Shown: in pieces, positions 26,678 through 35,534 of the stretch
How the letters are laid out: each line of letters starts with the position of its first letter
How positions within the stretch are numbered: the stretch's first letter is position 1
Assembly (NCBI GenBank): GCA_965212015.1
Contig: OZ243037.1
Span: 1,664,001 to 1,728,000 of the forward strand
DNA length: 64,000 bases
Reading direction: 5' to 3'
Source of the DNA: Cenarchaeum sp.
Lineage (GTDB): Archaea; Thermoproteota; Nitrososphaeria; Nitrososphaerales; Nitrosopumilaceae
The notes under the pieces: model-generated
Databases searched by the model: none
Told to the model about the DNA's origin: nothing
What the model saw: the letters and a program-made list of their open reading frames with translations, nothing else
Position numbers and translations under genes: made by a program

Positions 26678-28492
26678 TTATCTCACCTGGATTATCTCCG
26701 TGTGTATCTTTTCTCCTCCCAGATCATCTTGGACGCGGCATGCGATGGGGATTTTGCCTATGTGCTTGAACTTGTATGGTACTTTGAATAGAGGCTTTTT
26801 CTTGTCATCGCTTCCAGCTCGACCATATGCGAATCCTTGAGTGGGTGTGAATCTTCCCTTATATTCAAAATCCCACTGTACGTTTATGATTTTTGCCCCT
26901 GTGTTTATTGCGATTGATTCGGATGCATCAAATTCGTATGTCATGGATGTGATTTTCTTGTGATTGACCGATACTTCTGGTGGCAGAATGAATGTCAGCA
27001 GAGATTTGTAGTCGTCGTGTAGCTTTATTATATGATCTTTGAATGTTGGTGAGTCAAGTTCCGTCAAAGTAATCTGAATTAGATCAATCTCGGCATGATT
27101 TTCCCCCTTTAGTTTTTCAGCTGCCGTCTTGGCAGATTCTGCAAAGGACCAAGCAAGCATTATCCCCTTTCGCAATCCCTTTGTTTCTGCTATTTCTCGT
27201 GCAAATTCGATCACATCATTTTTGATTACACGGTTTTTTTGTCTAGCTTTTCCCACAAACAATGGTGTTTGTCTCTTAAAACCGTGAATATGTCCGTCAC
27301 CCGATGTCACTCTTCCACCATATGCGGATATCACAAAACTTCTAAATTCCATATCTGTGAGGGCTACAAGAGCCGGAATTTCATATGTTCCCCAGTATTC
27401 TATGGATATGTCGGGTATTGGAAGAAGTGTTTGTTGGGTTCCAGCATCTAATTTTTCATGCAATGCTTCCAGCCTGCCTTGTGTGATTGCAACTGCAACT
27501 CTGGATTGGTCACAGGCAATCCATTTCCGATTTAATTTTTGTGCTGTAGAAGGTAAGGTGCCTCCACCACAAAAAAAATCGGCTACCACATCTCCCTCAT
27601 TTGTTGACGCCTTGATTATTCTCTCTAAGAGTGCTTCAGGTTTTTGAGTTGGATACCCCAAACGTTCTTTTGCTTGTGAATTAAGATATGAAATTTCCCA
27701 TACATCTCTCATAGCCTTTTCCCTAGATTTATCATCTGTGTAATATTGTTCAAGTTTTTTATTTTTTCCAACTGTCGTAATTCTAGATCCCATATGCTTT
27801 GATTTTTCACTGTATGGTTCTTTTTGCATGTTAAAGATAGGTGTTTCAGTCTTTCCATAAAATAATAATACATCATGCATGCGTTGGAAATTCTTTGTAG
27901 CTCCTGTCCATCTTTGATATGCCCAAATTATTTCATTTCTAAAATTATCATATCCAAAAATCTTGTCTAATTCTATTTTAACATAATGGGATGCATGCCA
28001 ATCCAAATGTACATAAATCGAACCTGTCGACTTTAATAATCGTTTCATTTCTAACAGTCTGGCATTTAACCAAATCAGATAACTCGGCAAACCTCCTTCC
28101 CAAATATCAGTAAATGATCTTACTTCATTTTGATCTCCAAAAATTACATTATAATTTGCGCCAGAGAAAAATGGCGGATCAATATAAATTAAATCAATAG
28201 AATTTGATGGAAGCATTCTCATTACATGTAGATTATCTCCCCAAAATAGTCGATTATGTTCTAATTTTGAATGACCAAATGTAACCCTGTCTGCCTTTTG
28301 AAATGGTAATGCGACACGAGGATATATCTTATGATATTGTTTGTCCTTGTCACAACCAAATGGAAGCTCATTAACTGGAACAGAACCAAATCGCCTTGGA
28401 ATCTTATAAAATTCCGGTTGTTTTGGAATTTCAGTAATTTCGCTAAGATCATCAAATACTTCATTGTCTGTATATTCTGAAATACGATCCAA
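26678..28492 (-). CDS. Type III Mod-like beta-class adenine methyltransferase with degenerate Mrr-like and PKD-like C-terminal domains
   Basis: GDNL, YIDPPF, YPTQKPEALLERII, DFFCGGGT. The frame stays open upstream to a CTG at 28525. Confidence 0.9.
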   Translation of the reverse strand: MDRISEYTDNEVFDDLSEITEIPKQPEFYKIPRRFGSVPVNELPFGCDKDKQYHKIYPRVALPFQKADRVTFGHSKLEHNRLFWGDNLHVMRMLPSNSIDLIYIDPPFFSGANYNVIFGDQNEVRSFTDIWEGGLPSYLIWLNARLLEMKRLLKSTGSIYVHLDWHASHYVKIELDKIFGYDNFRNEIIWAYQRWTGATKNFQRMHDVLLFYGKTETPIFNMQKEPYSEKSKHMGSRITTVGKNKKLEQYYTDDKSREKAMRDVWEISYLNSQAKERLGYPTQKPEALLERIIKASTNEGDVVADFFCGGGTLPSTAQKLNRKWIACDQSRVAVAITQGRLEALHEKLDAGTQQTLLPIPDISIEYWGTYEIPALVALTDMEFRSFVISAYGGRVTSGDGHIHGFKRQTPLFVGKARQKNRVIKNDVIEFAREIAETKGLRKGIMLAWSFAESAKTAAEKLKGENHAEIDLIQITLTELDSPTFKDHIIKLHDDYKSLLTFILPPEVSVNHKKITSMTYEFDASESIAINTGAKIINVQWDFEYKGRFTPTQGFAYGRAGSDDKKKPLFKVPYKFKHIGKIPIACRVQDDLGGEKIHTEIIQVR

Positions 28493-28652
28493 TTGTTGCT
28501 TAGTTTTTTTATAACCTTTTGTCAGGGGAAATTACCCCCATTAATTTTTACAGTTTGATCAAATTTACCATTATGATAATATGGTCTAATATTCCATGTA
28601 AAATTATGATATTCTTCCCTCCGAAGATTAAGAACTAAACCACTATTTTGTG

Positions 28653-28694
<42 letters not shown>

Positions 28695-29013
28695 AGACAA
28701 ACTAACCGACGTTGATTTTTTTAAAATATTCATTGCAGTCATAATTCCCTGACAACTACGCATATTTTATCGTTTTTAATGTTTTGTTTTGCATATCCTC
28801 CGCCTCATGTCGTTATCTTCCCACTAGCACTGGTCTTTTAATCTGTACCCGATCTGACGGATCAAAAAACCCCTCATATTTTGACAAAATTGTAATCGAT
28901 AAAGCCAGAACCGACATGAATTACACCAAAAATGACTGCAATTGCTAAAAAAACGGGAAAAATACGCCCTTAAAAGGATTTAATTATAGTAGTATGGTCA
29001 GGTCTTTTACAAA

Positions 29014-29667
29014 ATGTACAGCGGGGAGCTTGAGGTTCAAGCCAAAAGAAAGGCCATAGCAGTTTTACAAGACGAGATACACCGGATTCTGCACGCCTCA
29101 AGGGAGCTATCCACCCTGCCGGAACTAATGATGAAAAAGGACAAGGCGGGCATCAAAAACAGCCTGGAGCAGATATCCAGTATAGAGGAGGAAGTCGAGG
29201 CGCTGCGCCGCAAAATCACAAGGGAGGTCGCCGACGTGGGCGGCCTGATCATGAACCGCGAGAACCTGCTAAACACCGCGTACACCATGGACGAGATTGC
29301 AGGATACATTACGGGGATTTCATTCAAGCTATCCAGCATAAAGCCGGCCACGCTCAAAAGCGCAAAGCTGGACCGCGACATTACAAAGCTAATCGAGCTG
29401 GTAGTAGACGAGGTCTCAAAGCTAAACGAGGTCATACGCAGCCTCAACAAGAACAGCGCAAGCGCAATAGAGCTGGCGCAAGAGACGCAGAGCATAGAGC
29501 GCGACATCGACATCAGGTACAGGCAGACCACGCTCAAGATTCTCACCGAGATCTCTAACACAAAGGAGCTATTACTAATGAAGGACGTAGTCGAGGGAAT
29601 CGAGGAGATGGCAGACAAGTGCCAGAGGGTCTCTGACTCTTTTATCTTGCTTGCGCTGAGCTTGTAG
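29014..29667 (+). CDS. DUF47/PhoU-like phosphate transport regulator
   Basis: Helical repeats IEEEVEALRR and IERDID, plus EEMADKCQRVSD. Confidence 0.85.
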   Translation: MYSGELEVQAKRKAIAVLQDEIHRILHASRELSTLPELMMKKDKAGIKNSLEQISSIEEEVEALRRKITREVADVGGLIMNRENLLNTAYTMDEIAGYITGISFKLSSIKPATLKSAKLDRDITKLIELVVDEVSKLNEVIRSLNKNSASAIELAQETQSIERDIDIRYRQTTLKILTEISNTKELLLMKDVVEGIEEMADKCQRVSDSFILLALSL

Positions 29668-29668
29668 A

Positions 29669-30202
29669 TTGAAAGGCGAACTGGTGGAGAACCGCATCAT
29701 AATATGGGACGTCAAAGACTCGCGCAAGCTGTTCGGCTCTGGATATTTTGGCAAGCCAATAGGAATGCCAAAACCAAAGCTGGAAGAGATTGACGTGCCG
29801 CTAGTCCTGGACTTAATCGAGGGCCTGTATCTTGCGCAAAAGGGCACAATATCCGTATACAAGCTGAAAAAGAAAATGTCAGAGGATGCGCTGCTAGAGA
29901 TCTGCCGCAAGGAATACCACAACTTTGATAAAAAATATACGGTATACGTGGACTTTCGGGACAAGGGATATATAGTAAATCCGGGGATAAAGTTCGGATG
30001 CGACTTTGCGGTGTACGAGCGGGGGCCGGGAATTGATCATGCGCCGTATCTGGTGCAGGTGTACAACAAAAAGGACGTAATGACGTCCACCGGGATGGTT
30101 CTTGCCGGCAGGCTTGCAACTACGGTGCGCAAGCAGTTCATACTTGCAATACCCGGCAGAAACAAGATAGATTTGCTCGCCCTTGACTGGTGGCGTGCCT
30201 AG
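29669..30202 (+). CDS. endA: tRNA-intron endonuclease, catalytic subunit
   Basis: LDLIEGLYL, VYVDFRDKGY, GIKFGCDFAVYERGPGIDHAPY, GRLATTVRK. Confidence 0.95.
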   Translation: MKGELVENRIIIWDVKDSRKLFGSGYFGKPIGMPKPKLEEIDVPLVLDLIEGLYLAQKGTISVYKLKKKMSEDALLEICRKEYHNFDKKYTVYVDFRDKGYIVNPGIKFGCDFAVYERGPGIDHAPYLVQVYNKKDVMTSTGMVLAGRLATTVRKQFILAIPGRNKIDLLALDWWRA

Positions 30203-30570
30203 AGTTTCTTTATGTGGCCGGCAATCTTGTCGTAAATTTCAAACATCTCGCCTGACACGCCAAACTCCAGGTGGTTCTTCCACTTGCTGTGGATTCTTAT
30301 TCCCTTTTGCGTGGGCTCTATGAATATCGATGCATCACTAATTGACTGTTTTGCAATTTTTTCGTTTAGCTTGACGTCTGCGTTCAGCATTTCGGCAAGC
30401 TTGCCGCCGTTCCAGGATATGCCGGTGATTTTTTTTGCGCCAAAGTGGCCGCTAGTCTCCAGTACGGTCTTTACTGCGACGTCATAATCGTTTGCCACCT
30501 GTTTTCGCACTATATAGTGGGCCTGAAACCTGTCTAGCGCGCCCCATGGAAGTGGTGTTGTATCCTGCAT
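30199..30570 (-). CDS. Conserved hypothetical protein
   Basis: WNGGKLAEMLNAD...EIYDKIAGHIK; normal codon usage. Confidence 0.75.
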   Translation of the reverse strand: MQDTTPLPWGALDRFQAHYIVRKQVANDYDVAVKTVLETSGHFGAKKITGISWNGGKLAEMLNADVKLNEKIAKQSISDASIFIEPTQKGIRIHSKWKNHLEFGVSGEMFEIYDKIAGHIKKL

Positions 30571-30572
30571 CT

Positions 30573-30809
30573 CTATCCCTTTTGTATTATCTGGATGGCG
30601 TCAATGTTGGTGCCGCTTATCTCCAGGCTCCCCCTGTTTGTGTGCATTCTCGGGCTCGGCACAAAGTACCTGCTGTAATACTCGTCGGACTCTACGTCGG
30701 CGCTTCCCTGCTCGTTCGGACTGGCCTTTATGCCGATCTCGCCTAGTATGTCGCAGAGCTTTTCAGGCAGTGTCTTGAGAACAAACGTGTCTGGCTCGTC
30801 ATCATGCAT
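30573..30809 (-). CDS. Conserved hypothetical protein (probable start at MHDDEPD)
   Basis: LPEKLCDILGEIGI...NIDAIQIIQKG; ends 2 bp before the next gene. Confidence 0.65.
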   Translation of the reverse strand: MHDDEPDTFVLKTLPEKLCDILGEIGIKASPNEQGSADVESDEYYSRYFVPSPRMHTNRGSLEISGTNIDAIQIIQKG

Positions 30810-31095
30810 GGTTGGGCTTGGATTTGCCCCACAAATAAACATATCAGGATCGGCCTGACGACCCTGATCGGGACATCCCGGCACTCTGGGATCGGGCTGG
30901 TGTTGCCAGCTTTGTGGCCTTTTTTTGGTGAAAATCATGTGCGAAACTCGAATAACTGGGTCTTGGGCATGTACGCCATCACTAACAAACATGCGGATAC
31001 GATTCGACATTGGGATCCAGATGCCTGTATGAAATTCCCAAAGATTTTGCCGTTTTCCGCCGTGAGTTTTTTGCATTTATGAGTGAGCATATGGT

Positions 31096-32043
31096 TCAGG
31101 AATACCTAAAGCGATTCTGCTCAAACCAGTGATATGTCTTTTTCATGCCCTCATCTATGGTAAAACGTGGGTTCCATAGGTTGGACTGGCCGTCTACATC
31201 AAACGAAATTGGTTTTCCATCAACTAACTCTCCGGGTTCGTATTCGCCGGGACTGATTTCAATACTGCTGTTTCCAACGTCTGAAATCATTGCTGCAAGA
31301 GACATATTCGTAACTATCTTGCCGCCCTTGTTTCCCGCACAGTGGAGAGTCTTTCCCACGTGCTGATCCAAATCTTCAATGAGCTTGCCGTAAAAATCAG
31401 CGATATCCTCGCCATATGTCCAAAATCTTTTTGCGTCAGGGGATTTTACGGTAATGTCTTTTTTGTCCAATACGTTCAGTATCAGTCGGGCCGGAAGCTC
31501 GTCACTTCTCATTCGCGCTCCATATCCGCTTCCAACCCTTGTTATCACGTATGGTATGTCATGGGCCTTGTGGTACGTCATGTAAAGCAGCTCCACGGCG
31601 GCCTTTGTCCATCCATACAGTGATGACGGGTTTGGTAACATCCGTTCATGGTATTTTTTATCGTGATGGCCATACAACGTATTGAACGAACTGGGATAGA
31701 TGACGGTGGGTTTTTTTCCAGACAGGTTCTTGATCGTCTCTAGTATTCGAAGCGACGGGGAGACATTTGAAGCAAATGTATATGCCGGGCTGGAATTTCC
31801 CAGTGGACGATCTGGCACGCCCAAACCGGCATCAACAATGACGTCAATTCCTCTAATATCGTCGTACAATAGATCATTTGATGCCTTCCACACGTATTTG
31901 ATCTGATGCCTAGTGTCATCCAGCCTCCAGGCTTCGGCAAACCTGCATACATCCATGCAAGTCACACCAAGTCCCATTTTTAGGAATTTTTCAGTCAATG
32001 CAGAGCCTATGACGCCGGCGGCTCCAATTATCAGCACCTTCAA
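31096..32043 (-). CDS. NAD-dependent epimerase/dehydratase (extended SDR)
   Basis: GAAGVIGS, PSS, YGWTK (YxxxK), GYGA. Confidence 0.9.
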   Translation of the reverse strand: MKVLIIGAAGVIGSALTEKFLKMGLGVTCMDVCRFAEAWRLDDTRHQIKYVWKASNDLLYDDIRGIDVIVDAGLGVPDRPLGNSSPAYTFASNVSPSLRILETIKNLSGKKPTVIYPSSFNTLYGHHDKKYHERMLPNPSSLYGWTKAAVELLYMTYHKAHDIPYVITRVGSGYGARMRSDELPARLILNVLDKKDITVKSPDAKRFWTYGEDIADFYGKLIEDLDQHVGKTLHCAGNKGGKIVTNMSLAAMISDVGNSSIEISPGEYEPGELVDGKPISFDVDGQSNLWNPRFTIDEGMKKTYHWFEQNRFRYS

Positions 32044-32173
32044 GATGCTTTCCCCAAATACGTGTACATTACACGTGTAGGCAAAAACACATTATTTGAG
32101 TCTAGGCTTTTGTGTTGACTGCCGAATTCTGTCACAATGTTGCCGCTTGAAGCACCATACTGCTCCTGCAGAT

Positions 32174-33271
32174 TCATAGCCCATATATTAGCAGGATTGA
32201 AGCAGAAAACAAAATAAATTTTGCTGCCGCAATCTTTCTTTCAAACGGAATGGATTCCCCAGTCATGAAATAGTCAAAACGGGTAAAACCCGATTCCTTT
32301 CTCCTCAGACATCCTGCAATCCTGCCGAGATCGTTTGATAGCCTTATGACCGTGGCTTCGAGAGAATCCCTCATTGATGAATTCGGATGCCTTATCCTTG
32401 TGCGTATTCGCTCTATTGAAAACTCGGATAGCACGACCAATCCGATCCATACCGGAACGTGGTATGACGGAAACAATCCCAAAAAGGACAGCGCGGCAAT
32501 TATGGGGATTCCTGTAAACAGCGTTTCAAACATGTTTGGAAAGTTGTAATATCTGTTTTTCGTGTACATGTTTGGCAGGCGTGAATCCCCAAGCGCCCAC
32601 CTAAAAAAACGAGTGTATGAGCGAGCACCGTTTGCCCACCAATTGTGGCATACGGCAGCATCGGGAACGCTTCTGAGCCATTTGCCATTTTTTTTGATTA
32701 TCCGTATGCAAAAATCAATGTCCTCACCCCCTCCGTGTTTTGGAAACAACGGAGAGAATCGAATGCCGCCTAGTTTTTTTCTGGATATCATGAGATTAGA
32801 CGTCGTCCCCCATGCCACCCAACTTCGTGTCTGCGAAATGTCAAAAAACGTCATAATATCGCTAGTACGTATCCCCCGGGTAAATGCATTAATCGGGGCT
32901 GGAAATTTCGTGGGGCCGACATATCCCGGAGCATCTGGTTCATCTTTTATTGAATGGACATACGAGAACAATATGTCAGGAGACGGAATCACGTCATCAT
33001 CTATAAAGAGAATATAATCCCCTGATCCGACGTCTATTCCTACGTTTCTTGATCGAGAAGCCCCTAGGTTTTCTGGATTTACAATAAAATCAACCGGATG
33101 CCCCTCGTGGGCCATACTTGTACTGGAAATCGACGGATTATCACTGATAATATAGTAATGAACCTTTACATAACGTGGAATATTCACACACAACATTGAC
33201 AATAATCTTTCAACATCAAGCCTGATGCTGGGAATGACTATGTCTATTTTTAATTCCTTTATTTCAACCAT
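32174..33271 (-). CDS. Glycosyltransferase family 2 with C-terminal membrane segments
   Basis: DIVIPS, NLGASRSRNVG, LFIDDDV, GGGEDIDFC. Confidence 0.9.
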   Translation of the reverse strand: MVEIKELKIDIVIPSIRLDVERLLSMLCVNIPRYVKVHYYIISDNPSISSTSMAHEGHPVDFIVNPENLGASRSRNVGIDVGSGDYILFIDDDVIPSPDILFSYVHSIKDEPDAPGYVGPTKFPAPINAFTRGIRTSDIMTFFDISQTRSWVAWGTTSNLMISRKKLGGIRFSPLFPKHGGGEDIDFCIRIIKKNGKWLRSVPDAAVCHNWWANGARSYTRFFRWALGDSRLPNMYTKNRYYNFPNMFETLFTGIPIIAALSFLGLFPSYHVPVWIGLVVLSEFSIERIRTRIRHPNSSMRDSLEATVIRLSNDLGRIAGCLRRKESGFTRFDYFMTGESIPFERKIAAAKFILFSASILLIYGL

Positions 33272-34215
33272 GTGTGATCCATTCTTTGATTACAAAAACA
33301 ATACAGTCCTACTTTGCATCTTTTTTTCTCTTTTTTAAAATTTTCCTGTATTCGTGATAATTCGTCCCTACTTGTGGTTTCCGCAGACATTCCGTATGAC
33401 GAGGAACCCACCCAATAGCACATGCTAAGGTTTCCACGTATGGATATGGCGTGTTTGGAGTCCAGCCCACACCCGCATCCACTAATTGGCTTGCCTTTTA
33501 CAACTCTGGCAACATCCGTCCAGAATTCAGGAGGGTTTGTTGGAGGATGAACCATGCTATCTAGCTTGGATGCGATCTCTACCAACGATCGCGTGTCCTT
33601 GTTGGACAGTAAAAGATCTGGGGCATTTTTTGACACATAGCTGTCGTCAAATATGGGCTGAAATTTTATAAAATCTACGCCAATCCTGTGACCAAAATCT
33701 AACAATGATTTTATGGTTTTCCAGTTGGCAGTAACGTGTGAAACTACGGCGTTTATCCCAAATTCAAAATCACGTGGCTTGTGTGAAATCTTTTCGATAT
33801 TTTCAAGTATTTGTCCGTGCAGATATGGCGGAGTATGGCGTGTCAAAAAGGATTCTTTACTGTCAATAGAATCAAGCGAAACGGTAAACCCCGTTGCGCC
33901 TACCTCACACAATCGTTTGGCCTCCTTTACCGTTAACCTATATGCGTTTGTTATGATTATTATCTCATCGACTAGACGGCTATAATAGCGTAGGATGGAT
34001 TCCAATTCAGGATGGATTCTAGGCTCGCCTCCGGACATTACAATTCGCTTTATTCCCAAATTTGCCAAAGTTTCTGCAGGAATCAGTATATTTTTGAGAC
34101 TCTGTTTCCTGTCTGGGGTTTTATTGCTTCCCCATTGGCAATACCGACACTCTGCATTACACTGGTATGTCAAGTCTACAGTCAGGGCAGGTTTTTGTGA
34201 TCTCAATGTTTGCAA
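33259..34215 (-). CDS. Radical SAM enzyme with C-terminal Cys cluster (Twitch/SPASM-like)
   Basis: CNAECRYC, SGGEP, TN, VSLD, CGCG...GNLSMC...C.C; overlaps the GT2 start. Confidence 0.9.
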   Translation of the reverse strand: MQTLRSQKPALTVDLTYQCNAECRYCQWGSNKTPDRKQSLKNILIPAETLANLGIKRIVMSGGEPRIHPELESILRYYSRLVDEIIIITNAYRLTVKEAKRLCEVGATGFTVSLDSIDSKESFLTRHTPPYLHGQILENIEKISHKPRDFEFGINAVVSHVTANWKTIKSLLDFGHRIGVDFIKFQPIFDDSYVSKNAPDLLLSNKDTRSLVEIASKLDSMVHPPTNPPEFWTDVARVVKGKPISGCGCGLDSKHAISIRGNLSMCYWVGSSSYGMSAETTSRDELSRIQENFKKEKKRCKVGLYCFCNQRMDHTWLK

Positions 34216-34385
34216 GCAATTATTTGTACTACATGTTAGATTTATCTATATGCTGGAAATTCACATCTATAAGGGCTGTTTAGTAAAAAACTCTGGTTTA
34301 CAATGACCATGCCAGAATCTCTGTTATTGTCCATATGATATGCAGATCTACAAGATGGCAAAGGTTTGCCTATATTACCAATCGG

Positions 34386-35534
34386 TCACAATTGTTCCGC
34401 TTCCAATAATTGGTCATAAAGAAACGCTGATTCTACAAATAAACTCTTCATGACCTTGCAAATCTTTGAGCTTTTCCTATGTTTAGAAATTATCTTCTCC
34501 ATCTCCACAATTTTCTCATTGCGATTTAATTTTGATATGTTGTCTAATTCTTCTAAGGCATATGTAGATTTGTCAATGAGAAATTTTGTTTCCATATTCT
34601 TGTTAATTTTTTTTAAAAGCAATTCGATTATGAATCTGATTAGTAAAATATCTGCCACGTGAATATGTCTGGGATAATTCCTACTACCCAATAATTCAGT
34701 CTTAAACTTATTAAATCTACCCTCATATGATTTATCCAATTTAATTGAATCTTGTATTTGTAATATGCCAACATGGAAATTTTTAATGTCATTCAATATT
34801 TCATCAAAACTTGGCTTGTTATTAGTGAAATATGATATTTCATCCTTTGAAATTTTTTTAAATGCGTTTATTATCTCTTCCATAGGAAATATACCTTGTG
34901 TTGTTTTTATGAGGGTTGCAATATCATAAATCTGTTTTGGAATATCACTTTTTCTTTTAGATTTGATTCCTATTGTATTGGATGGAAGTGTAGTCAGCTT
35001 GTCCCCAATTAATGTGCCACGATCATAGATTGAAATTGGAAAGGGCAAATCAAAACCTATTATTTTGAAATTCTTGTTGATTTGTCTTGTTTTAAGATCC
35101 ATCCGATTTTCATGAAAAATATCTATTTTTATCTCTGGATTTTCATTTAATGATGATTTATAATTGCAGTAATAAGTTAAAAGCGGTAATTCCTTTTCTT
35201 TTGGTTTTTTTGGCACATGAGGTTCATCTATGCTTATAATATCGCTTAATTTTTCAGAAATTTTTTTCATTCTTTTCATTGTTTGTTCTCTGGACAAGCT
35301 TGTAACTATGTCTATATCTACGCTTAATCGTCGCAGTGTAGGATCCTGTAGATGAAATGGTACTGCCATCCCGCCTTTTACGACCGAGTCTTGTATTACT
35401 TCTTTAATATGTCCATAAACTTCAAAATCCATTATGAATTTTTCTAGTGACAATAAATCTCTAAAGCCATATTCTTTTCCCAATTTTTCAATTTGTGTCT
35501 TATTCCGGATTGCCTGAAAGTACTGTTTCACCAT
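34386..35534 (-). CDS. AbiEii/AbiGii-family nucleotidyltransferase toxin
   Basis: VVKGGMAV...RRLSVDIDI, IKIDI, GDKLTT, KQIYDI. The start overlaps the upstream stop (TAATG). Confidence 0.85.
   Translation of the reverse strand: MVKQYFQAIRNKTQIEKLGKEYGFRDLLSLEKFIMDFEVYGHIKEVIQDSVVKGGMAVPFHLQDPTLRRLSVDIDIVTSLSREQTMKRMKKISEKLSDIISIDEPHVPKKPKEKELPLLTYYCNYKSSLNENPEIKIDIFHENRMDLKTRQINKNFKIIGFDLPFPISIYDRGTLIGDKLTTLPSNTIGIKSKRKSDIPKQIYDIATLIKTTQGIFPMEEIINAFKKISKDEISYFTNNKPSFDEILNDIKNFHVGILQIQDSIKLDKSYEGRFNKFKTELLGSRNYPRHIHVADILLIRFIIELLLKKINKNMETKFLIDKSTYALEELDNISKLNRNEKIVEMEKIISKHRKSSKICKVMKSLFVESAFLYDQLLEAEQL

Noticed and set aside
33259-34215. Prokaryotic viperin
   Set aside because: Lacks the viperin-type N.H....CN..C.FC and KINF.GGEP patterns and has an extra C-terminal Cys cluster. 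It cannot be fully excluded without an HMM search.
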